The notes under the pieces: generated by a model
What the model was told of the DNA's origin: nothing
Database searches by the model: none
What the model saw: the letters and a program-made list of their open reading frames with translations, nothing else
Position numbers and translations under genes: made by a program
Source: Anaerolineae bacterium
GTDB taxonomy: Bacteria > Chloroflexota > Anaerolineae > Fen-1058
DNA length: 64,000 nt
Direction of reading: 5' to 3'
Assembly: GCA_046328575.1 (NCBI GenBank)
Contig: JAXLWI010000019.1
Span: 1,153 to 65,152 of the forward strand
Part shown: piece by piece, positions 41,050 through 50,686 of the stretch
Numbering within the stretch: position 1 is the stretch's first letter
Layout: each line of letters opens with the position of its first letter

Positions 41050-42150
41050 TACCGCTTCTCGGCCTGATCGCGGGTCGAAAGTTCATCGTGAATTCGTCCA
41101 AATCGCCGTCAAAATCGTGTTCAGGCGATGGACGTGAGTTGACCTGCGATGATCGGTAACGCGGCTCTGCGGAAAATTGTACGTGCAGATCTTCTCGCTG
41201 CGCTCACCACTGCCCACACCAGAACGACGCGCAGCCATTCCTCGCTGCGGCGCTTTTCTTCTTCAACTCATACAGCGCGCGCGCAAGATCGACATAGCCC
41301 GCAGCCGATTCTGCAATTGCAGCCGTTCGTCCTGGCACCGACGATGCCAGGCAGGCGAATACCACCGTCAGGTTCTTCTACGTTCTGGCCGCCGCGCCCT
41401 GAACGATACACTTCCATCTCAATGTCTTTTTCGGAATGTCGATTTCCGCTTCGTCTTCCGGGCAGCACGCCACGGTCGCCGTCGACGTATGGATGCGGCC
41501 TTGCGCTTCAGTGACAGGCACGCGCTGTACACGATGCACACCGCTCTCGAACTTCACGCCGCGAATAAGCGCCCTTCCTTTCACCATGAAGATAACTTTT
41601 CTTTGAAACCATGTGCCGATATCGCTGCTCGGTTGATAACGGTTCGCTCTTTGAAATTATGCGTTTCGGCGTAGCGCGTGTACATCCGACAGATCGTGGC
41701 CCCATAAAAATACCGGCCTCGTCGCCGCCAGTCCCAGCGCGAATCTCGACAATGACGTTCTTGTCGTCGCGCGGATCTCGGCACAGCAAGACCTTGAGGT
41801 TGGCCTCCATCGACCCGACCTGCGCTTGCAGGCTGGTCACTTCTTCCGCCGCCATTTACGCCTGATGGATCGGCTTCCGACGCAACCAGCGCGCGCGCGC
41901 CTCGTCGGGTGTGCAGCGTCGCGATACTCACGATACGCTTCCGATTGGCTGTAAAAACAATTTGCGCTCCTGGCCGACCTCACGCAAACGATTGTAATCA
42001 GCGTCACTGCCGGATCGGACATCAGGCGTATTCAGTTCTTCGTAGCGGTTCTCAATCCCCGCCAGTTTTTTCGAGCAGTCTGTGACACGTCATTGAAATC
42101 AATCAATGAGGCGACCAGACTTTCGGTCGCCTCGTTTGTGAGCCTATTAT
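41050..42150 (-). pseudogene. prfA: peptide chain release factor 1, fragmented
   Basis: [17 protein letters not shown] and [19 protein letters not shown] in two overlapping frames (RF1 GGDEA...RMYxRYAE signature); classic prfA-prmC arrangement. Confidence 0.5.
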
Positions 42151-42175
42151 AGCCTAGACGCGGCTAGCGTGTCAA

Positions 42176-43500
42176 CGAATCACCGCGTTTTGCGCGCCTT
42201 CATAACCTCGCTTAGCCGCGGGTTTCTTGGCCGCGACTTTCTTTACAGGCTTCTTAGCAACGGATTTCTTCGCCGCTTTCTTGGCCGTCGACTTTTTCCT
42301 TGCCTGCTTCTTAGCGGCCGGTTTCCTTGGCGGTCGATTTCTTCGCAGCGACTTTCTTTGGCAGGTTTCTTAGCCGCCGATTTCTTTGCCGATCGTTTCT
42401 TCGGGGCCGCCGGTGTGGCGGATTCGATCAGGACGGTGAACTGCGCGCGTTTCGTCTCGATCACGTTGAGCAGACCATCGAACGACTTGATGAATTTATC
42501 CGCCTCAATCGACGCTGCTCTGTAGGCGGTGAGATCGAAGCCCAACACCCGTAGATCAGCCACCACTTGCCGTGCGGCGGCAAGATCGGCATCGACGGTG
42601 CGCGCCACAACAGGTATGATCAATAGCGGCATAGGTTTCCGGCGGCCACCGGTGTTGACGGTGTCCGGTCCGATGAGCGTATCGACATACAACACGTCGG
42701 GGTACTTAGGGTTCTTGGTGCGATTTTGCTTCGCGCGCTGCTTGCGCGCTCCGACTGCGCAGCCAGTTTCATGAAGCGTTCACTGCCAAACAGTTCGCTG
42801 TACTTCTCAAACACGCCATTGCGAATTGGCGACGGCGGCTTTGCCCATCAACGCCACGGCCTGTGCCGCCTGCGGCCTTTAAGCGCCGCACGAGTTCTTC
42901 CGGCTTCTTGTCGAGCAACGTATCAACCATGACGACAAAGAACGACGCCACCGACGCGATGTGATCGATGCGGCGATTGGCGGCGACGCGGCGTTCCAGT
43001 TGCGCGAATATGCGCTTCGGCTACGGCAATGTAATGATCCATAGAGAACATCAACGCTAAACGGTGCGACGTTGATACCGTCATACAACGCCTCTTCGAT
43101 CGCGGGCAGACCTTCTTTGGTCGCCGGGATCTTGATCATAACGTTAAGGCGTTGTAGGGTTTGCCACAGCCAGACGCGCGTCGGCCAGCGTATAAAATCG
43201 GTATCGCCTTAATTTCGGCGACACTTCGATGCTGACATCGCCATCCACGCCGTGTGTTTGGCGAAAGACGGTTCGAAACTCATCCGCCGCCATTCCGACA
43301 TCTTCGATAGTGAGGGCGTCGTAAATCTGCTCGACGCCAGCAGCGGCAGCCAGCACCTTCATCGCTACGGTAATGATCACTGCTTCCGCCGATGGCGCCT
43401 CGAAAATCGACGGGTTCGAGGTCATGCCCAGCAAGCCTTCGGCTATCATCGCCTTGAAAACTGCCTGCCGTGATCATCTGGCGCTGAATGTTGTCGTACA
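42176..43500 (-). pseudogene. tal: transaldolase followed by a Lys/Ala-rich repeat tail, fragmented
   Basis: LLGMTSNPSIFE, MIKIPATKEGLPAIEEALYDGINV, FEKYSELFGSERF, LYVDTLIGPDTVNT in different frames; 42176..42420 encodes AAKKQARKKSTAKKAAKKSVAKKPVKKVAAKKPAAK. Confidence 0.5.
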
Positions 43501-43599
43501 GATGCTCTGGCCCAGTTGAGCGAGTTGCTGAATCTTATTCGTGTGTATGGCTCTGTCCTCGATCCCCGCTCCACGTGTCACCTTAATTTAGATCGCGAT

Positions 43600-44060
43600 G
43601 ATTCGTGTTGATTAGTGGATCAAGCGTTCTTTTCGATTGCTAATACCTTATAGTCGCCGCTGAAATTTCTCGGCGGTGTTGAACTGCAGCGCCAACGAAA
43701 GCCAGCACAATCTCGCGCGCCAACTCCACGCCGATGATGCGCGCACCAAGGCACAGCACGTTCATCGTCGTACACCTGATGGGCCGAATACGTATCGTGG
43801 CACAGGCCAGCGCGAATACCTTTCATTTTATTTAGCGGCAATACACGCGCCAACGCCGCTGCCGCAATCCACGTTGCCGCGTTCGGCACTGCCGTTTTTG
43901 GACGGCCTGGCCTGCAATAAAGCATAATCAGGATGGTCATCACCAGCAAGGTAGGTGTATTGCGCCGAGGTCGTGACGTCGTGACCGGCCTGCTCGAGAG
44001 CGTCAACCGTCCGCTTTGAGGGAGTAACCGCCGTGATCGGCGGCAATGGCCAATTTTCAT
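43600..44060 (-). pseudogene. rpiB: ribose-5-phosphate isomerase B, fragmented
   Basis: NVDCGSGVGACIAAK and KGIRAGLCHDTYSA in different frames. Confidence 0.5.
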
Positions 44061-44175
44061 CGAAGCGATCGCCCAGTAGCCAGTATCGGTCGTGATTCTC
44101 AGTATAAAGGTTACACCAAAACGCGAAGATCTACCAGCCTATTTGGGCAAGTGACGGCACCGATTTGCAATAAAA

Positions 44176-44200
44176 CGAGCGATCTGAAAACAGATCGCTC
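44176..44200 (-). terminator. rho-independent terminator 3' of tRNA-Leu
   Basis: Minus strand: GAGCGATCTG-tttt-CAGATCGCTC then TTTTATTG. Confidence 0.5.
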
Positions 44201-44202
44201 GA

Positions 44203-44284
44203 TGGGCCAGAAGGACTCGAACCTTCACGTTCTCGCGAACGGGAGATTTTAAGTCTCCTGCGGCTGCCATTTCGCCACCGGCCC
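44203..44284 (-). tRNA. tRNA-Leu (anticodon UAA), class II with long variable arm
   Basis: Acceptor GGGCCGG/CTGGCCC+A, anticodon stem GGAGA/TCTCC with loop CTTAAAA, variable arm CGTTCGCGAGAACG, T-loop TTCGAGT; CCA not encoded; T-arm/acceptor junction 1 nt short. Confidence 0.6.
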
Positions 44285-44330
44285 GTGACCGCCATTCTAA
44301 CACGCCCAGCGCGGTCACGCAACTACAAAT

Positions 44331-45610
44331 ACTTCAACTCGTGTGCTTGCCGTTCCAACTCCTCGCGGAAGTCAGGATGCGCGATGTTGATCAATGAACG
44401 TGCTCGTTCGCGGATGCGCTTGCCGTACAACTCCGCCACGCCATACTCGGTGACGATGAAGCGGATGTGATTGCGCGTGGTCACTACCGCCGCGCCCTAT
44501 TTCAACATCGCCACGATCTTGCTGGTGTTGGTGCCTTTGATCATAGCCGGGGCCGGTAGCGCGATGATGGGAATGCGCGGTGCTGCGTGAGGCGCCGTGC
44601 ATGAAATCGACCTGGCCGCCAACGCCGCTGTAAAACCGCGGGCCGATCGGATGCCGCGCACACCTGCCGATCAGATCGACTTCGATCGCGCTGTTGATAG
44701 CCACCATCCGATCGTTCTGGGCGACGACGAAAGGATCGTTGATGTACTCAGGTCGGGTGCAGTTCCACGATCGGGTTGTCATCGACAATCGTACAAGCGC
44801 TGTGTACCCAGCATGAAGCCCGCCACGATCTTTTTGCCAGGATGCAGACTCTTGCGTTCGCCGTTGATCCTGCCGCGCTCCACCAGATCGATCACGCCGT
44901 CGGCAAACAGTACTCGATATACACGCCCAAATCTTTGTGCGTGGTCAGTTCCTTCAACACCGCGTCCCGGGAATTGCGCCGATACCGGTTTGCAGTGTTC
45001 CGCACCGTCAGGGATCATGGCCGCGATGTGCTTGGCGATCCGCGCGGCCACTTCGGATAGCCGCGCATTTGAACCTCAGGCGGTTGTAATCGACCGGAAT
45101 AATGTGCGTCGTTTGCGACATGAGACCGAACGAGTCGCCCAGCGTGCGGCATCTGCTGATTGACTTCGGCGACAATCTTAGCGACCTGTGCCGCGGTTTA
45201 AGTGCGCCCACTTCAATGCCGAACGAGCAATAACCGTGTTCGTCAGGCGGGCTGACGTGAATTAAGGCCACGTCGATGGGCGAGCAGACGCGGCATCTCT
45301 GACAAAAACATCGGCGTGAGAAAGTCGGCGCGGCCTCGTTGACGACGCGCGTGCGGTCATCGCTGATGAACGGCGTATTTGACGCGCATGTGCTCTTCCA
45401 TGCCCGGCTGCACATACGCCGCGTCGCCCACCGTCGTTGCATGATTTCAGTAGTGCAGTTCCGGCGCATAATCAACCAGCGCCTTCATCACCTTTTGTGA
45501 TGCCGACAGTTGCCCGTTAGAAAGACCCGCATACCGGGCTTGATCGCCCGTACGGCCTGATCGGGCGTAGCGGTACGTTCCTGATAGAGTTTCGTCCAAG
45601 CAGCCATACT
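44331..45610 (-). pseudogene. acetyl-CoA hydrolase/4-hydroxybutyrate CoA-transferase family, fragmented
   Basis: VALIHVSPPDEHGYCSFG, EYINDPFVVAQNDRMVAINSAIEVDLIG..YSGVGGQVDF, C-terminal ...FIVTEYGVAELYGK in different frames. Confidence 0.5.
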
Positions 45611-45619
45611 GTCACCTCG

Positions 45620-46720
45620 ACCCGTTACACGTAGTTGGTGCAGCGCGGATTGCTCAACATCTCCGTCGCGAGTGTTCACGCCACGCGCCAGTGACGGATC
45701 GTCGGCGATGGCCTGATCAAGCCCTTTACGCATAGGCACGGAATGTAAGGCCAGGCCGCATTGTTGAAGGCATGCCGTGGCGGTGCGCGCCGCCGCGCAC
45801 CGTCATATTGGGGACGCAGTAATGCGTGACGTTCTCTTCGATGAACGTCGGCTTTACGATGCGTCGTCGGCCGGCTGGTTTCGACACACCCGCCTGATCG
45901 ATCGCCACACATCGCGAGCACGCACGCCTTCATCGTGCGCACCATCTCGCGCGTAATCACGATCGGGTGCGTCACCGGCTTGATAAATCGCGCCGATCAG
46001 TACGTCGGCAAACTTCACGACTTTGCGCAGGTCTGAACTCGTGCGACACCATCGTCACGGCGCGACCACCAAGATCGCATCGACGGTTTGTAGCCGTTTC
46101 AGATCCCAGTCGAGCAGGTAGACGCATTCCAGCGCCGATGCCACAAAACGCGCGCTGCGCACGTGCCTAACGTGCCCGCCAACTATCACAACTTCGGCAG
46201 GCGCTTTACCCGGCACGCAGCTCAACAGAGCATCACCTTTACCACCCCCGATCATTTTTGGGCAACATCGCGGCGATTTGCACCATCATACAGCCCACGG
46301 CTTGCGACAATGGCGTGAGAACTGGCAGAGTGCCATCATCTTGCTGGATCATTTCGTAGCCGATGGCGGTATTCTTCTGCAGCAAGGCTTCAACACGCGA
46401 ACGTCGCGCCGCGGCGGTGTAGCCCCATTAACGTCTGGCCTTCGCGTAACCAATCGGCCTCTTCAGCAGTAGGCCGCGCGACTTTCAATACGAGGTCGGC
46501 TCGTCCATACGCCTCTTGCGTGGAATAGACGATCTTGCCGCCACCAACCCATAGTGCGCGATCGCGCTGAAGCCAGCCCCCAACCCAGCACCGCGTTCAA
46601 TCACACGTGTGCCCTTCGGCGGTCAGCAGTTTAGCGCCAATCGGCGTCAAACCGACGCGGTATTCACCTTCGCGCCGTTCACGTGGAATACCAATATCCA
46701 TGTTTGTCACCTCATCTTGG
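45620..46720 (-). pseudogene. ald: alanine dehydrogenase, fragmented
   Basis: ADLVLKVARPTAEEADWLREG, GKAPAEVVIVGGHV (NAD fold), KPTFIEENVTHYCVPNMTVRGG, ITREMVRTMKACVL in different frames. Confidence 0.5.
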
Positions 46721-46789
46721 AATGAGAGATTGAAAGACGGCGGCTCAGCTCATGGCCGCCTGCCATTTTACAACTTTTTCACGCTCCCT

Positions 46790-47240
46790 TTCAACAAGAT
46801 CGGGCGTTCGGCCACGCGCAGGACCCGATCGGCCACACTGCCGTACGTCCAGCGGGCAATCCCCGATCGGCCATGCGCGTTACCACATCGCGATCAAATC
46901 GGCCTGAATATCGTGCGCATACGAGATGATCTCATTGGCCGGATTGCCAAAGCGCACTTCGCTCGACAATTCGACGCAAACCTGAGTCAGATTCTTCTCA
47001 ACGCCGTGCAGATAGTTGCGCAGTTCATCTTCGACCCGCTTCCGCCTCACCGGTTTCGTCAAACGGCTCGCCCGGATACACCGCCATCGGATAGACCATC
47101 GCGGAGGCCGCCGCTAAATCGACGACCTGCGCGACCGATAGCGAATAGACGTCAGCGCGCCGGCACGCCTTCAACACCACCTTCACATGCGGTAAGACCT
47201 GTTCAGCCAACGGCGCCCATCGGTGTAACGAGAATTCGGC
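46790..47240 (-). pseudogene. universal stress protein (UspA family), fragmented
   Basis: VELSSEVRFGNPANEIISYAHDIQADLIAMW C-terminal USP signature in one frame, N-terminal part in another. Confidence 0.4.
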
Positions 47241-47467
47241 GGTACATGGTAGCCTCCTGGCGGATTATAAACGAAGGTTGAGGCTGCGGTAGGGTATACC
47301 CACTACGGGTTAAACCTATGTTTAGATTAGCATCGATCTGGCTCAAGGGAGTGAACAACGTCTCATTCTGTCAGGTTGAATGTCACCACACGCTTGATCG
47401 GTTGGTAAAATGAAGCGCGGGTACCCGTATTCGGATACCCGCGCTTGCTCCAGGAGGAGATTGCCCG

Positions 47468-47839
47468 TTAGTTATTTGTGGTGCCAAACGATCGCGCCAA
47501 TACCGCGATACCGGCGATGACCAGGAAAATCGGCCAGACGACACCCCAGTTCATATTGAACAGGAAGATCAGGGCGACTGCCAGCGGGAACAACCCGCCG
47601 ATGAAGGCTCCGGTGACCGCGGGCGTAATGCGTTGCCCGTTGTTCTGGTAGATACGCCACGCGCTGCCCCACGCCCCCGCTGTGCCAAGCAGGATGAACA
47701 ATGCCCACCAATTACCAATGTTTAACACATTAAAGTTCTGCAACAGAAAAATTACACCCAACCCGATCAAGACTATCGCGCCAACCCAGGCGCCGCTGTT
47801 ACGCTGAACCGTTGGTTGAGAGGGTGGAAGTTCGCTCAT
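47468..47839 (-). CDS. hypothetical small membrane protein (4 TM)
   Basis: Intact 123-aa ORF, ATG with AAGGAGTGA RBS; four hydrophobic helices. Confidence 0.6.
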   Translation of the reverse strand: MSELPPSQPTVQRNSGAWVGAIVLIGLGVIFLLQNFNVLNIGNWWALFILLGTAGAWGSAWRIYQNNGQRITPAVTGAFIGGLFPLAVALIFLFNMNWGVVWPIFLVIAGIAVLARSFGTTNN

Positions 47840-47958
47840 GATGATGTCACTCCTTGGAAGTTATGAGCGCAGTATACTCGTTCTCATTTGAATATTTAAC
47901 TGCCTTATGCCTGAAATCTTCTCAGACTTAAGGCGGAGGTCGTGCGTGGTGCCGCCGA

Positions 47959-47987
47959 TTGACAGCCCTTCCTGCTTAAGGTAATCT
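47959..47987 (+). promoter_or_regulatory. sigma70-like promoter TTGACA-N17-TAATCT, predicted leaderless start
   Basis: -10 element ends 7 nt before ATG 47995. Confidence 0.35.
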
Positions 47988-47994
47988 AAGCCCC

Positions 47995-48849
47995 ATGTCC
48001 ACCCTAACCAAGGCAGCCGTGATCGATCGCCGCGAAGTACGCTATCGCCGTCGCATGAATCTACGTGTAACCACCCCAGAGCAAGCCGTCAAGTTCGTCA
48101 ACGATGTCGGCTTCAGTTTTCTCTTCCCAATTCAAAGCGTAGAGATGCCGTCCCTTTGGGACGCGATTGCCGGTCGGGTAATGAAAACGACCAATAAGCA
48201 CAGCGGCTACGAAATCGAGCGCACCTGGGGCTGGAAGGATGAAAGTCTCGATAAGAAATGGTGGTACTACGGCAAGCTGATCCGCGACAAGGCGACCCTC
48301 GTCAGCCTCGATGTTCTGCCGACCTTCTACGCCCTCAGCGAAAACTACGGCGACTACGAGAACGATTATCTCGAAGAGTATCGCACCGGCGCGATCTCGT
48401 CGGAAGCAAAACAGATTTATGAAGCGTTGCTGCAATATGGCGCGTTAGATGCCATTCGCTTGAGGCGTGAAGCGCGGATGAGTTCCGATGAAAGCAAGCC
48501 GCGTTTCGAGAAAGCCCTGACCGATTTGCAAGCCGGTTTGAAAGTATTGCCGATCGGCATCGCGCCTGTCGGCGCGTGGCGCTACGCCTTCATCTATGAA
48601 ATCCTGCCGCGCTGGCTGCCCGACGTGCCCGATCGGGCGCGGGCGATTAGTCGGACTGAGGCCCGCCGCCGGATCCTCGATCGTTACATTCATAACGTGA
48701 TCGCTGCGCCGCTGCCCACGATCGCGCGGCTATTCAAGTGGAAATCCACTGAAGCGCAGCAAGCCGCCGAAGCGCTGGCCGCCGCAGGCCGCGTCGAACT
48801 CGACGTCAAAGTGACCGGCATCCGAGAACTTCAATTGATGGCCAAATAA
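47995..48849 (+). CDS. conserved hypothetical protein, possibly winged-helix DNA-binding (YcaQ/AlkZ-like HTH_42?)
   Basis: 284 aa; N-terminal ...FLFPIQSVEMPSLWDAIAGR and Trp-rich segments reminiscent of HTH_42 family; assignment uncertain. Confidence 0.55.
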   Translation: MSTLTKAAVIDRREVRYRRRMNLRVTTPEQAVKFVNDVGFSFLFPIQSVEMPSLWDAIAGRVMKTTNKHSGYEIERTWGWKDESLDKKWWYYGKLIRDKATLVSLDVLPTFYALSENYGDYENDYLEEYRTGAISSEAKQIYEALLQYGALDAIRLRREARMSSDESKPRFEKALTDLQAGLKVLPIGIAPVGAWRYAFIYEILPRWLPDVPDRARAISRTEARRRILDRYIHNVIAAPLPTIARLFKWKSTEAQQAAEALAAAGRVELDVKVTGIRELQLMAK

Positions 48850-50684
48850 TGTCTGCTACTCACGATCTACTCGTCATTGGCGGCGCGTCGTTGGACGTGC
48901 TGCACCTGCCCGATGGTCACTCCGTCAAATCGCCGGGCGGCGCGGGAATGTACACCGCGCTCGCCGCCGCCAAAGCGGGCGCACGGGTGTCGATGTTTGC
49001 CCCGCGCCCCAAGCCAGTTCCGAGCGAACTTCTGCCCGCGCTGGATCGCATCGACTGGATCGGCCCAATCGTTCCGCCCGATCAACTGCCGCGCTTCGAG
49101 ATCGCCCATCACGGTGGCGGACGCGCCACGCTGGTCGATGCGTTCTGGGGCGGCGAAATGCTCATCACGCCGGAATCACTCACGCCCGATCATTTAACCG
49201 CGCCCCTCGTGCACATCGCCGCCCTGCGCACTGCCGAGCGACAACTCAACTTTGCGAAAGCACTGGCTCCCGCCCCAACTCTCGCCCGATTCTCAGGGGC
49301 GGGAGTCCGCATTTCGGCGGGCACTTACGGCAAAATCTGCACCAGCGAACCGGACACAGTGCGCGCTATCATGGCGTTAGCCGATTACTTCTTCATGAAC
49401 GAAAATGAGGCCACCTTGATCTTCGGCAGCCTCGATCGAGTCCAAGCGCGACCCGGCCAATTTTTGTTCGTCACACTCAGTGCCAACGGCGCACTGGTTT
49501 TTCAGGGCAACCACGTCACCCACGTCGCAGGCGTGCCCGCTACCGAAGTCGATCCGACCGGTGCGGGCGACACGTTTTGCGGTGCCACGTTAGCCGGCCT
49601 GGCGCGCGGCCAACATCCGATTATGGCGGCGCGTGCGGCGATAGCCTTGGCCGCGGACATGATTGGTGGTGTGGGACCGACGCGGCTGTTAAGCGACGCC
49701 CCCGCCCCACCCTACCCGATCGATCCGCGGGTGGCCCCCGTGCCCGATCAGATTCAGCGCATCGCTACGCTGATTGCGCGTCTGCCCGACGTGCAGCCCT
49801 TCGACTTCACGGGCGGCTTGTTCCCGCCCGTCGATCATCCCGGCGCGCTCGACCTGTTCTTTACGTCCACCTTGCAGCAGTTCAGTTTCTGGAATTTCAA
49901 TCGCGCCGATGCACCGCGCGCCTACGGGACACCCCTAATTGCCGACTTTGACGGGCGGGCGCTCAAAGGTTCCGATTATTTGTTTGCAGCATATCGTCGC
50001 GCACTGGACGCCACTGCGACTCTGCTCACGCCGATCGGCCAGCGCGCCCTCACCGCCGATCAACTGGCCGCACTCTTTCGCGCCGACGACGGCGCCAATC
50101 CCATGCCCGCCTTCGATCTTCATCTGCAGCAGGCCAACGCCTATGGCCGCGACCTGCTGGCGCTGAACTTAACGCCGTCCGCCATCGTCGAGATCGCCAA
50201 TCGGGCCGCGCACCCACGCGCCGCGTTGTTGTCGCTATTGGATCACATTGGTGGTTACAAAGACGATCCGCTGCGCAAGAAATCGATGTTGCTGGCGTTG
50301 ATTCTCGAACAACGGCCGGAGAAGTTCTTGCACGCCGTGACCGATGAACCTCAGCCGCCTGTGATTGACTATCACCTGATGCGATCGTGTTTGCGCACAG
50401 GCTTGATCGAAATCAGTGACGTGGCACTGCGCGATCAACTCATCCGGCGTGAGGAAGTCTCAGCGCCGGATGAGTGGGCGATTCGGTTGGCGGCTTATGC
50501 GGCCATCGAGCAGGTGCAAAAACAATCGGGGCGCAGCATGGGTGCGGTGGATTGGTTCTTCTTCAATGCACGCCGCCGCTGCCCGGAAATGACGCCGCCA
50601 GACTGCGCGGCGTGCGCCATCGATGCCGTGTGCGCGCATTACGTCGAACTATTCCAGCCGGTTCGGCGCACGACGTTCTACTAG
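48849..50684 (+). CDS. PfkB-family carbohydrate/nucleoside kinase fused to about 300-aa C-terminal domain of unknown function with terminal Cys4 cluster
   Basis: N-term LLVIGGASLDVL and PfkB signature DPTGAGDTFCGATLAGL; C-term ends CPEMTPPDCAACAIDAVCAHY (C-x7-C-x2-C-x5-C); start overlaps upstream stop (TAATG). Confidence 0.75.
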   Translation: MSATHDLLVIGGASLDVLHLPDGHSVKSPGGAGMYTALAAAKAGARVSMFAPRPKPVPSELLPALDRIDWIGPIVPPDQLPRFEIAHHGGGRATLVDAFWGGEMLITPESLTPDHLTAPLVHIAALRTAERQLNFAKALAPAPTLARFSGAGVRISAGTYGKICTSEPDTVRAIMALADYFFMNENEATLIFGSLDRVQARPGQFLFVTLSANGALVFQGNHVTHVAGVPATEVDPTGAGDTFCGATLAGLARGQHPIMAARAAIALAADMIGGVGPTRLLSDAPAPPYPIDPRVAPVPDQIQRIATLIARLPDVQPFDFTGGLFPPVDHPGALDLFFTSTLQQFSFWNFNRADAPRAYGTPLIADFDGRALKGSDYLFAAYRRALDATATLLTPIGQRALTADQLAALFRADDGANPMPAFDLHLQQANAYGRDLLALNLTPSAIVEIANRAAHPRAALLSLLDHIGGYKDDPLRKKSMLLALILEQRPEKFLHAVTDEPQPPVIDYHLMRSCLRTGLIEISDVALRDQLIRREEVSAPDEWAIRLAAYAAIEQVQKQSGRSMGAVDWFFFNARRRCPEMTPPDCAACAIDAVCAHYVELFQPVRRTTFY

Positions 50685-50686
50685 AA

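Noticed and set aside
46607-47281. 224-aa plus-strand ORF
   Set aside because: Pro/Arg-rich. Lies opposite fragments of a universal stress protein and the tail of the ald remnant. No motif.
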